Assembly: GCF_964204645.1 (NCBI RefSeq)
Contig: NC_134026.1
Coordinates: 25,392,150-25,456,149 of the forward strand
DNA: 64,000 nt
Direction: 5' to 3'
DNA from: Tubulanus polymorphus
Lineage: Eukaryota; Animalia; Nemertea
Shown here in pieces: positions 14,284 through 26,944 of this stretch; position 1 is the stretch's first letter, and each line of letters opens with the position of its first letter. The position numbers and the translations under genes were made by a program. Below the pieces are notes generated by a model, which did no database searches, was not told the DNA's origin, and worked only from the letters and a program-made list of their open reading frames with translations.

Positions 14284-14584
14284 GCGATATTCGCCTGTCT
14301 ATATGTCAGATTTGCAGCGAAATTGAAAATTGATCATAGTTTCTATGAAGTTTCGTATCAAATTAATTGTTGGTGTCGTCTCCGCGTTCGAGTTGATTAA
14401 AACGATCAAAATTTAAAAATATCACATTCGCAACGCGCTTCTGACATGTAATTGATGTATGAAACACGTCATAGTTACAGATCGGTTCATTTGACTTTTG
14501 TTGCTTTTTTCTATAGTGGCCGTAGTGGTAATTTCATGCATATATCATTTTGATTTTGATTTTGTATAAGGTTACAATTTCGAA

Positions 14585-16300
14585 ATGTTACTTTCAATGA
14601 TTATTTGTGAGTGTTTCAGACTCTTTGATATCTTTCTTATTGTGAATCCAAGGTCGTTGTTTTATGGAGTTCAGGGAATAATACTGATGTGCAATATTTA
14701 TGCGTGTACGATCAAACGGAAAACATCAGAAGTGACACATGGGGCTTGGGTTCACCCGAAGGGATGGGGGAACGCACCGCTCAAGTCAGGCGACATGATG
14801 CATCCATTACAGAAAAATGATATACGCTGCTTTCTCAAGAGAAAGGTCAATATCGAAGGAAATGATATTAACCGAATTCATTTTAAAGTGTAGCACAATT
14901 TTGTTGCCGACAAAATAATGCACAAAATTATTTCCTAATTCAGAATTTACTGTTTGCACTCTCCATATCCATTTTCAAGTTGATCTACAGCCTTGCGATA
15001 GATACTCCTTCACGTCGGTAGTTCATTAAAAATTGTGTTTGATTTTCATCAAAATGAAACGGTTAATTTGAAATCATGGTTTTGAGATGTATTACACGTT
15101 ACGCGGCGTAGGCTTCATTAGAAATCCTGTCATACTCAGCCTTTCGCAGCTAGACATTCCAAACAGGATAACTCGGCGTGTGAAAAGTGCCCAGTGAAGC
15201 AGAAAGCAATAAATGAGTTTGAAGTCGATAGACAGCCGGCTGCTTAAGAAAACACCTCCACGACATTTTCGAGGAAATTACATCTTCTTTTATGTAAATT
15301 ACTCATATAGGTTTCATGATTTGATCCGCGAACGAACACTCGCCGGTTGTCTGTTCGGCAAAAACCATCCACGTTTTGAAGATAGAATTAATGCATTTTA
15401 AAAAGCAAAACAAGTTTATGAAGTTACAAGAAATAAGTCGAGCTGAATGTCGCATTCGATATCATCTCGGGGATATCTTCGTGATACGCCTATGGAATTT
15501 CAAACCACTGGCTCTCCTGTAACAAGAATAGCAAAATCAAGTCAAAGCACTTGCTGTCGTTTTGTATGCCTTGGGAAAGGACTCGCTCGCTTCTGAAGTG
15601 GTATAATGTCCAAGTGGTGAATAATTTAACGCTGGGATTGGGTTTCAGTGCTGTCTTGTTGAAATCAGACTGTCGTCAATAATAACACCTGTACCGTTTG
15701 GATATATCTCACACATATCCCCAGTATTTTGTACTAGTTTCCAGTACATCGTCTACCACATAATATTCGAAAGAAATATCTCACTAACATTAATGCATCG
15801 ATTCACATAACGTCTGGTCATCTGACACCAAATATCAGGAAAAATGCAATAACCATTCCGAAGATAAATTCCTATTCAGCATCGGGTCGTTTCTATCACC
15901 GGACAATCTGATGGTAAAAAGCAAGCGAGACACCAGAAAGAAATGTCTTAGGCGTACTTGGATTTCTATCTTCGTTTCTCATTGATGAGCTCCTCCGCGA
16001 TATTCGATTGCCTTGCGTATCGGTTCAGCTTTTGCCTATTTCGCATGATTAGCATAACGGAAATTGTATTCAAACACCGCGGTTGCAGTACCGAGTCTTC
16101 AAAATGTCAATCGTACACCTAGTTGGTCGCTTGTATGGGTGGCGATAATGCCAATTTAATGAAGAATTCCGGCGACGGATCATCTCAGAAATTGCCAATT
16201 TTCCACAAAACAGATGCCGTTCCATTGTCATGCATTGGTTGTTTTTCTGCGAGAGCGGCGACCCGTTGACTTCACAAACGTCGCGACTGTCACCGGTGAT
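14585..16300 (+). pseudogene. Degenerate multi-LRR block with LRRCT-like end
   Basis: KVNIEGNDINRI; SLKSID..TPPRHFRGN; LYRLDISH at 15689; NIRKKYLTNINAS..GHLTPNIRKNAIT at 15750-15855; PFHCHALVVFL at 16217. Confidence 0.7.
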
Positions 16301-17381
16301 GGAACAAAAATATGATCAGTCGCAGATTCCACGCCAAAGGATCAAAGCCGCAGGGTGAACAACCGGATGCTGACTCAACGATGACATAGAAAATTCTCAA
16401 TCATCAGCCATCAATCATATCCTTTAGTTGAAGAATCGTTGGAATGGCTTCCTAAAATATAAGTTCGTGTGAAGGAACCCTACCCTATCCGATTCCTTTA
16501 TTCTATTCCTGTTACTGGGAAGATAATTCGTTAATACCTATTAAATTATTCAATTCAATATGTGGTTCACAAAGCAATAGCCATTTAGGGAACAAGCTAG
16601 ATTAACTATGATTGGGAGAACCCTTGTAATTCGACGCCGTAGTGTTATGCAAAAAGACCATTAAAAGCACCGAAGTACAGTAATCCTACGTACGAATGGT
16701 CAGTCACCTGAAAGCACAGGATTTGCCTTTTTGGCGGTTTCCTAATTGATGGCGGTTATTGTCAAATTGTTGCCGGTCGCCATCTCATCAATCTCATTAA
16801 CGACATTACGTCAAACCACGACGTGAATTGAAACGACATCTGAACGGCTTGAAGTCCGCGGACCATGCAGATTTCAATAAAACATCTACACAAACACATC
16901 AGCTACGGTCTCGCAATCACATTGACCAGTAACTAGTTATATGGCTGAAGGCAATGTAATATGTCGCAAGTGCTGACAGTTGCAGACGGAAGAAAGATAC
17001 GAAATGGTATTGTTCCATTCAGTGCTATGCTGGCTTAACTTCATTAGGCAGTTCTTAAGCCGTCTTTGGTTGATACTTCTGAAAATTACCATCTGTCTGG
17101 GCCGTCTAGGTCGCATTACAAATGACCTCATCCGTTATACCTCGGCCCTGTAGCGCACGACGTCTAGGATATTTGTTTCCGTGACCACAAGAGGATACCC
17201 TTCCAGTAAAGAAGACGAATTATTGAAATTCCGAGAACGAACTGTTGTTGGCGAAAATATGCGTTAAGTTCGTAAACCATAACTCACAGTCAAGATGGTA
17301 AACAACTTGCTCATTAAATTCTCTTTGTTGTGATCAGATAATTGAAAGCAAAAGACGAGTGTTTTTGACATAGATCAGACA

Positions 17382-17700
17382 ATGACTGAACTTAAGACAG
17401 AACACGAAATCTGTTTCACAGGCAATTCTCGCATTACTCGAGTCATCTGTGAACGGCTTCGCATATTCCTCCGAATCTCTCTCTGGCTTGTCCGAAACAG
17501 AACTGTGCTTTTAATGAACAACACTTCAATTTTCGCAGAGCACATTCTACAATGTCACTGCCACACAGTCAGTTACACAATCGATGGTAAGAGACTGGAA
17601 TAATTACTCGTTATAATCTATTTAGCCTGCTGGGCATGATACTACTGACTAACTTGGACATTAAGGATGATAAGAAGTGTAGTCTTTCTGTCGGACAGAA
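17382..17700 (+). pseudogene. Degenerate LRR-coding block
   Basis: EICFTGNSRIT; SHIPPNL / SGLSE / RTVLLMNN across frameshifts; TIDGKRLE; LTNLDIKDDK. Confidence 0.65.
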
Positions 17701-17881
17701 GCCCTCTCGTGAAATAGAGGTATATCAAATATTACGTACAACAGTATGATTGTTGGTGGCATTAAAGTCACACTTCAGCTATTGTAGACAGCAGATTCAG
17801 ATGATTTGGATGGCAGCATCAGCCAGAAGAAACGTCAGCAAAAACAACTATTCTTTATATCTATGTAATATACATCTAGCA

Positions 17882-18253
17882 TTACGTAGTGCTTCCGAAA
17901 TAGTGAGGTGAGGTGACAGAATATACAAGGTTTATATAAGGCAAGTGAACGTGACAGATACCATTTTCCATAGTCAAGATAGTGTCGGATTCCTGGGCAG
18001 GTACTGAAAACCTTAAGGGCAGCAGGTATACATTATTGTTCAGATCAGGACCGCGATCACGGTCAACGAGGAATGTGCCTTCAACAATGATGGCATCGTT
18101 TATTTTCTTTGATTTCTGAGGACGAGTAAAACCTGCAATGAAAGAACGATTCGTTTGAAATTCTAACGTCGACGCCGAAACGAAGCAAGTATAATGTCGC
18201 AGATAAAGGTACACCCCCGAGACCGTCCCGGATAATATAATCATCATTTTCAT
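17882..18253 (-). pseudogene. Degenerate LRR-coding block
   Basis: TLEFQTNR, IVEGTF..DLNNNVYLLP and LTMENGICHV within a 123-aa ORF. Confidence 0.45.
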
Positions 18254-18815
18254 GCATAATTTATAATCGTGCTTGCACTTGGGACAGGACGCTAAGATTT
18301 AAGACCTATGTAATCGAGGTATATGCAAATAGTGACAAGCTATGATGGTGCGATATTACGTATGACATCCGATAACTGTATCGTAGATATGATCGTTAAG
18401 TCATCCATTAGCTGAACTGAAGCATTTTCACATTGAATCGGGTGAATTTACATTTTGTACAATTTCACATTTTTATTTTTCCTAATCGTCCTTTTATCTA
18501 ACTACTGAACGAATAGATTCTTTTTTTATTATTCCGATCCTTAAAACAAACCGGGTTTATGAACACCGTCGCTGCATTGATTAACGACGTGCCACAAATA
18601 CAGACAAGTTTTAATTTCAAAATTGTTTTATCTTAGCTTCCTATTAAATTCAAACCGACTCGTGTCAAACGCGGCAGATTTATGGCTTTACTTGGTTTCA
18701 ATCTGATATTTCTGTATTGAATTCCACGCAAGACGCCGAGAGCCCTCGACAAAATATCTTACAGATTATAAAACGATATATCACAGTTAAATTGCCAACA
18801 AACGAGGCTTCATGC

Positions 18816-19310
18816 AGCCTCAAAGAATTATACTTATTGGATCTTTTATAACATTTGGACGATCAGAAATATGTATAACTGTAGTATTAATTATGATATA
18901 TGTGCCACTCGGTATGGGGGATTTAAGTTGCAGCGTTGAAAAACGCTAATCCAGACAGATATTTTATGTTTCGTGGTCGGCCATACATCAGCGCTTGAGA
19001 GGTAATGTTACTCTAATTTTGAATTAATATTTCATATGCGTAGCGATATAAAAAGTTGGAATATCTAAGATTTACTGATGACATTTCAGAGCGCGATATT
19101 TTTATCTCATTCCATACATTTTACCCATCATTTAAATCAAAAGAAACACGAACTTCGGACGGGTTCAAAAAGCAATGCTACATTCTTTAGTCCACTAACC
19201 ACGTATTTACATTTTCTAATTCTACATGCGAAGCCATCATATGTCTTTATAGTCCCCTGTCGGTAAATGATTATCAGAAGCAACCACCTACAGATTTTAT
19301 GCGGTAAGGA
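18816..19310 (+). pseudogene. Degenerate LRR-coding block
   Basis: SLKELYL at 18816; ALKTLI near 18933; KLEYLRF at 19053; FFSPLTTYLHFLILHA. Confidence 0.6.
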
Positions 19311-20300
19311 CATTTCTTGAATGCCAAACGTCGATGAAACATTGCGTTTTGACACTGTTTAATGTGTCTATCGCCAAATATTACCGGCTCAGCTGGATTT
19401 CTGACGTGCGTTCTTATCAAACGGTAGCTTACGTCTGAGAAAAACGGTTTCTCTTTGCTGATTGATGTATATTGATATTTAATCAAAGGTTTCTTTTCGG
19501 TTTGCGATCACGTTTTTATGTTACGAAAATGAACGAATTAACGAACTAGCTCTGGTAACGTTTAATACGGGTTCGAACCTCTCTCGTTTCAACCATGGCG
19601 TATAGCGGAATGTTCGACCATAGAATTTCTACATTTTAGGACAATACACGTTCGCTTCAGACAGGAACCTGAGACCAAAAAGATAATCCTCTTACGTGTC
19701 TCCTGGGATAACGTCCAGGCCGTAATCGTGTATATTCCTACACATGTTCGATTTGAAACGTAGGGATACATTTGAAACTATACGACCGTTTGGCCATTCA
19801 TAAAAATTTTGTATAAAGACGACGACAGAATGCCTTCTGACAGTGATAGATATTAAAAGCTTAAAGTATTTAACAATCTCATGAATTATCGAGACAGGAC
19901 TGACAGCAGCGCTCAAGGACTTGCGGAATAATTTTCCGATTGAGGATTAGGCCGGGATGCTCAAGTTAAGACCCGGGTGTCGTGTGTCACAGGACAAGGG
20001 ATAAATCGAAACCGCCCACGAGTGAAAATAAAATTACATCCGAAAATCCCCGAAAATGACATCAAACTAAGTCAACATAAATTGTCTCCGATCTGGACTT
20101 GAACCCCAGATTTGGAAATCAATTTTTCGTGTATTTTGAATAATTTTCAATTGACAATATCCATGCACAAGTCCAAGGATTCAATTATTGATAGCAATTT
20201 TACGAGGCCCATGTTGTAACTCACCATCGGAATATCACAATACGTAACTGGGATACATCATCCTTAACGCATTGAGTCGGGTGAAAAGATGTTAACTAGT
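19137..20300 (-). pseudogene. Degenerate LRR-coding block
   Basis: FTRLNALRMMY from 20285; GLVKLLSI; LLISITVRRHSV; SLRFKSNMCRNIHD; IQEMSLPHKI. Confidence 0.55.
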
Positions 20301-20514
20301 TTGCTACTAAATGTGTCTATTGGGCTTTGGCCAGCTAGACTCAATTAACTGACGCACACCAGTCAATGGTAAACAAGCTATACTTCATATAAAAATCGGA
20401 TAATTCGTTTCGTGTTTATTGCAACGATCTTCCAGAACTCGTGTGATGAACATGGAAACAAATCACCCCTTAACGCCGATATTATGGCTAAATGTTTTTC
20501 TCTACAAAGTAAAA

Positions 20515-21545
20515 GGGGTTTTCGTTAGTTTGTTACGCAATCTTACTACTATATACCCTCTGAGCTAACTAACCATGTAATTGATGCCAGCTGACTCATT
20601 CTCCGGGCGAACAGTGATTCAGACAGTTGATTCAATTGCTCTGGAAGCAGTAGTTACTGGACTTTTTTCAGTCAAGTTTTTTCCAACTCTTCGCCGCGTA
20701 CGACGACTTGATGCTTGGCTTCGTCCGCTCTGCCGCTTCTGTGATAGATCAGATTTTCCAATCAGCATACATTTCCCGAATACCCGTAGGGTACACGCAT
20801 CATCCGACTGTATCCGAATGTGTGTGTGGTAATAGACAAAGTCTCGCTAATAAAATGATACCAACCCCATAGAGATTTGCCCAACGAGATTGGAACTGCT
20901 AGAACAAAGATATTTCAAAATGACATGTTTGACAAGGCAGTAAGTCTGGAAGACAGACATTCGTATTTTACTTCTCTTTTCCCAGACGTATTGGTACAAT
21001 TTAATGCTAATCTAATATTGAAGAAAAGTCTCAATTTACATGTGGACCGTCTATACAGCCATCAATTTTCGAACCCTTGGCACCGATGAAAAGGGGAAAT
21101 GTGACAGTCATGGTAGAGTGGGTTAACGTAGTGCAAGAATGCGCGATTAGTAACTTTCACATTCCTTAGATTGGGTAGAATAGCCATTTACAAATCTTAC
21201 GTGTAAGCGCAATTTAACATCTCGCCAGATATTTAGATTCTTTAGATGTTTACCAGTCATAACAATTTCTGTTCTCGAGATGGAAGATAAAGCATGGCTA
21301 TACAGAAATGATGGATGAATCTATTGTATCTAAGGAAAACAATGCTCAATCATAACGCTGGTTTCGCTTCCAAGCAAAGTTCTGTCTTGATATTCTGTTG
21401 GTACCCTTTCGACCCTTCTTTGCTACTAGAATCCGACATGCTGAAATACCTTATACTAACCGCAGAAAACCTAGGATTGTATCGAAACTGTAGAATGAGT
21501 GCTTACACTAGAGAGGAATGCTACTGCAGCGAAGACTATCGGTAG
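20515..21545 (+). pseudogene. Degenerate LRR-coding block
   Basis: VFVSLLRNLTTIY at 20518; PADSFSGRTVIQTVDS; FQNDMFDKAVSLE; SNPWH; LYLRKTMLNHN; MLKYLILTAENL. Confidence 0.65.
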
Positions 21546-21760
21546 TCCTTCACATTCTAGTACTTTTTTAATTCGTCGCGTGTGACTCGTGGACTGTCTT
21601 ATCGTCACTCGTTCTAACAGCGTAATAACGATAACCATTTCAGAGATTACACAATTCGCTCATTAGGAAAAATTGTAAAACGTTTACGAACTGTCAGCGA
21701 AGGTTGATATGTAATAACAGAGCAAACTAGGAATTAGACCAATTAATCAAAGCCTCTGTC

Positions 21761-22036
21761 TCATACGTTCCACCTATGACCGTGAAAAAAAAACTGACAC
21801 AAGCGATGACGCAACCCTGGTGAATAAACTACTGGCTGGTTTTCCAAGCATAACATGATAAATACGGGGTAATAAATCATCGTTTTATTCTTATGGTCGA
21901 TAAGGTTTGTATAGAATTGGCATCCTCGCACAGGTAAAAGACAGCTTTTGGATCGGAGGTTTGGCTCACGAAAAAAATGGAAATGATTAACTATATGAAA
22001 TTCCATCGCATGTTCACCAGCCTGTAAAATACACAT
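21761..22036 (-). pseudogene. Degenerate LRR-coding fragment
   Basis: FREPNLRS; LCQFFFHGHRWN, which resembles the last LRR before an LRRCT. Confidence 0.4.
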
Positions 22037-22156
22037 TTAAATTTTATCAAAGCTTCTGATCGTCTTGTTGTACATTGTGAACATGGTATAATTCCTGAAG
22101 TTCTGCAGTCAGTTAGTAGGCTTCGTGTATTGCAGCAAAGACATGAATGATGATTT

Positions 22157-22668
22157 TTGCTTAGTCTCAATAACGAATCCTATCATCCATCTCGAAGGAT
22201 GGTTTTTCGTTTCGTAGTTTTTTCTAGTCACATCTCGGAAAAAGATGATGCACGGTGTGTCGCTAAATCAACCACGGGGTCTCTTGTCTTGGCTTTTTAC
22301 TTCCGGTTTGTTGATAATCTCGCGACACTGGCGCTAAATTGCAAAGAAATTTGAAATGTCACAGAAATGCCTTACGTTCATATTGTATATACACATATTA
22401 CTTACGTATCCGCTATCAAGTTCCGATAACCTATTGGAAGTATCAGGCGGTCGCTGCGCTTACTGTATAATAACGAGATCGAATGAATCAACTTTGTTTT
22501 TTGCCTATGACCATACTGATGCGGTCGACCACGCAACTAAGCATGCGCAGCAAATTCCTAGCACTAGCGAGCTGCCGGGGAAAGCATTTTTTGATGTTTA
22601 TCAAATGTTTTATTATTCATAAAAAGAAAAAAACACGAATTGATCATGAACTTAAAAATGCGCAGTGA
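22157..22668 (+). pseudogene. Degenerate LRR-coding block
   Basis: FRFVDNLATLALNCKEI; SELPGKAFFDVYQM; NQLCFLPMTIL. Confidence 0.6.
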
Positions 22669-22873
22669 GTTTTCGCCACATGGTCACAGGTAAAAAGGAA
22701 GGCGTGACATTTTCTCGTTTTTAGATGGTAAGACCATAGACGTAGCACTAATCCTTTAACAGGCAATTGTTGAATCAACCTGTGGGGTCGTTAGTTGTTT
22801 ATGCCTGTTACGTCGTAAATGCTACAGTAAACAGGCATATCCAACAGGCTTACAGAGCTTTTGAATATGTAAT

Positions 22874-23135
22874 TTAATGTGATAAGTATAAATGTCCACG
22901 ATTTTTCACAGTTTCAAACCCGATTTTAATGACATGGATGGTATCGTTGTAAGGATGCGGTGATATGCACAATACGTGCGTGATTGCTTGTGCTGAAATG
23001 CTCTTGTAGTAAGATATGAATGTGGAAAACGTAGAAATAGAAACTACGAAGAAATTGAACAACAACCGTTCTCTCGGCAGGTGAAGGAGTGATTGATGGC
23101 CTCAGAATCCGGTGGTAATAGGAAACATTTTCCAA
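22874..23135 (-). pseudogene. Degenerate LRR-coding fragment
   Basis: GFETVKNRGHLYLSH; ENVSYYHRI. Confidence 0.4.
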
Positions 23136-23359
23136 CTTGCCACGAGTAAAATGTGATTCATTAAAACAGTAGAATATTTAACTTCAGAAACGTAGCGATC
23201 GATTCCCTACTGCTTTAGTGAACTTTTTGGTGAAGATCAATTGTATCATGAGGAGCTCAAGGTTGTTTCCTATTATTTGCAATGTTACTTACGCCACAGT
23301 ACGGTACAAAAACTGTTGGGTTAGGGTGTATCAATAGATAAAGAGGTTTAAATCAAAAT

Positions 23360-26250
23360 GTATTCGCAAGTTTCAAAATCGATTAACTATAAAATGTAGT
23401 ATCTATATCAAATAACTGGGGGCAGTACAGTTCTCTGTATGCCAGGTTTAGCATCCATGACTTTACCAATTTTGAATGCACACCAGCGGCAAACTTCATT
23501 AACAGACCCATTTGAGCATTCGCAAACTACTCGAGAACGCCAATCAAGACTCTTTTTGACACCAATTTACAGTAAGGGAATCAATAATCACTTTTACTAT
23601 ACCACGAGTGCCCTGCCCGAAGGCGACGGACAACAACTTGATGGAACTCTGAGTAGTACGCGAACAGCCATTCTCATCGCGCCATAAACTTCTAAATGTC
23701 GAAAACGTCGATCCATTTTAACACACAATTGTTCTAAATAGCGACCATCGAGTGTCAATGCGTTAACCTGAAACTGTCAACTGTCCTTTTTCATTTGGAG
23801 TAAATGGGAAAGAATTGCGCAGACTAATCTGAAACTCTAGATACAAAATAGAATTAGCTTAACAACTTATTGAAACTTGTAGCAACCATTTTATTGCTGC
23901 TACACCAGAATGGCAAAGGGATACAAATTCTGCAGGGAATTGTGTTTTTTGTCATCTTCCTTTGGTCCATGTTAAGTCCCAGCCCCATTACTATTCAAAG
24001 CGCCCTGCGGGGGTTATGCGGTTGGTTTACTGTTGACTAATTTTGTTCAAAGAGTAATTCTTGACGTTTTCACCAGAAAAACAGCTTCGTTTGTGTGTAA
24101 TAAAAACGTCCAATTTCTGAGGCCAGACGTGAGATGCACGGCAAGCAGGCAAACATCAGTAGCTCAGGCGGCGGCAACGTTAAATTCAATCTTTGCATCT
24201 CTCATTATGGTGCCACCATCAAGACCTAAGAAATAGCAGGGAACGAATTTCATGTTTGTTCGTAAGACAGCCAATGAATAGTAATGGGACCGGCGATAGT
24301 GCGTAAAAACACATAAGACGAGGCAGGTTCGACAATAATCTTTGCTTTTGGAAGTTGTCGCAAGTTAAAAAGATATCTCAGAAATCACATCTTTGTACTT
24401 TGGAATCCTTTTGGGATCTTGTCCGCCAAATACCGATAATAAACACGAACATACAAATAATTTATATATATTTATAGGAACTCTTGAAGTTTATCCAAAG
24501 AGAATACAAGCAAACGTTTGTGGAAAGACGAATACCACATCCATAGAATGAAAAGACCTTTGCGTAGATGTATATATTCGTGTCTTCTCAGGAAAATCCT
24601 ATCACAAAGCGTTTGACTGACTTCTTTAACGCGTCTACCCTGAAATGAGAAGAGGTTGCAAGCAGTGAATTTCCTATTGATATGGATTTGATCATCTCAC
24701 ATCGTATTTGTTTGAATACGGTTAGCGCTATACGAGCCTATTTTGGAATGAATACGAATTTGTCTCAGCGATAAACTGATTAATTTGGGCTCAGTGAATC
24801 CATTTTCGACTGGGACTATGCGATATTCACAGTTAATTACCACTCCGACTGCTGGTTAATTCGGAAGCTATAAATTTGTCCTACTGTCAGCGAAACTTGC
24901 TATCAAACCAAGGGAGCAGGCGATTTATGATTTCCTCCTATGATTGAAAAGCCTGGAACAATTTAGAAAAATTACATAATGCGCCTGCCCCCTTATAATA
25001 CGTAGTTGTGTCTTACCAATATATATGCACTGATACCTTAGTTATTGGTTTATTTCATTAATGGACTGGGGCATTTCTAACTGTTGAAGAACACTTATCA
25101 TCGATATCTATGTCCATATAGTCCAGACACTTATTTCAGTATATACAATTTATTGACTTAATTTGGAAGCGCAAACTAGCAACAACTTGCTATATATATA
25201 TACAGAAGGGGTTTTCTGCGCGTTATCGTTCATTTAATTCATTTCGTATACACCAACTTATTATGAATCAATCGAATCTAACTCGCGACTAGTTTATGCT
25301 CGTATGGGGAGACATAATCTTTAGACATTCATCATATTATTACGCGACTGACCAGAGGCGGGTTTATGATCAAAGGTTTATGAACTTTGTGCAAAGTCGA
25401 TGGCTTTACATCATTATAATGTAATTTGGGAGTTCGCTCAAAGTTAAGTGCGGATAACATGTCTACCACAAACGAGCGTCTGCAACATGGTCATAATCGG
25501 AATAAAATTTTATCATAAAAACCGACGATGCGTGGCGTGTGATTTAAAATCTCACACGGACAAAGGTCAATGCGTACTATTTCAAGAAGCTGGGGGATCT
25601 AAACCAACAAATTTATTAGCAACAATAGTATAAACATATTTACGAGAATTTTGACATTTATAACTCGGTGCAAAATACTAATCAAAGATCTGTATCAATT
25701 TGGTGACAGGTGCAAATAACAGAGATATCACCAAAATATTACAGTATAACGATCGGAAATCATACACATACTCTACGTATCCGTCGGCTGAAAATAAATC
25801 ACCTGAAATGACGCTCTTTTCCCTGAAATATACATTTCTTAGCTCGTTACTGCTCGTATTATTTCAGCAATTAATGCGTCAATAGTTTTTGCAACAGCGT
25901 TCGATATTGCTAAAGGGTGCGGGCAGGTGTTTTTATCTGAGCCATTTGCTTTATGACGACATTATCACCTCGTAGTTTTGTGAAAATGTAGATGACAAGA
26001 GCCAAACTCAAGCTACCATCAGTCGTGCATTAAAACTATCTAATGGGTGTCTAGTCGAACTCCGGATAGAGACAGAAATAAAATTGACCTTTCCGCATTT
26101 GGAGCATAAAATAGTTTAACGGATGCATACAAATTAGATGAGTTCTCATTGAATAGATTAACCCACTACCGAAGGCTTATTCATTTTTTCTCGCGGAACG
26201 TAATTATCGGAAAACTAGAGAAAACTTGGGAATTCGTCTGAAAATAGCTA
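23360..26250 (+). pseudogene. Degenerate LRR-coding block(s) with an internal LRRCT-like motif
   Basis: GLASMTLPILNAHQ; NALT*NCQLSFFIW at 23757; FAFGSCRKLKRYLRNHI at 24341; FISNNSINI near 25615; LVELRIE near 26051. Confidence 0.55.
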
Positions 26251-26331
26251 TTTTTCTGCCAAAGGATATAGTGCGGAAATGTAAGCGAAATGTTCGAAAA
26301 TGATCCTCGTAGACTTTCACGATTGGCATTT

Positions 26332-26541
26332 TCAACACAGTACGCAATAACCACTAATTACCATAACATTCATCCGACAATGCAATTCCCTGCGGCTTTG
26401 CAGTAATTTCTTTCCAATTCCCGATGTAAACGACATCAACCTTCCGATTCGCATACTTAATATTGTGTCCACTACGTGGCTGGGAATGATTCGGAATGAG
26501 CCGTATATTTTTAGCTCATTCACTTGAAGACGAAATCGCAT
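26332..26541 (-). pseudogene. Degenerate LRR-coding fragment
   Basis: RFRLQVNELKIYGSFRII; LQSRRELHCRMNVM. Confidence 0.5.
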
Positions 26542-26944
26542 ATAAGAGCATTTTCGATTACTGATATATCATTGCCGCGATCTTTGTTTACATCATTCTC
26601 CGTCCTTTTTGACCGAGGGATAAAAGGGTGGGTCTATCATCACGCGAAGGTTGGGAAGCCACTGGTGTAACTTGTAAGACGGATCGAAAGTTTGGAATTT
26701 TTGCGTATGAATGTCGTAGATTTCGATGCGGCTATCGGGGTAAATGCCATCGGTATAATCTGCACATTGATGAATGCGCTCGGTTTTTATTTCTATAACT
26801 AAAACTCATGGAAATACCGCGCTATTAATCAGGCTTAGCGGACATGTTATGATGGTTAGATTGCGACAAATCAGTGCAATAACACCGGTACCTATCGCAC
26901 ACGGTGTACAATTACTGTGACGACAGAGCTAATAAACCCGGATA

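Noticed and set aside
12359-25792. Shared 14-mer atccgtcggctgaa at about 12359 and 25779
   Set aside because: Matches of this length are expected by chance in 64 kb.
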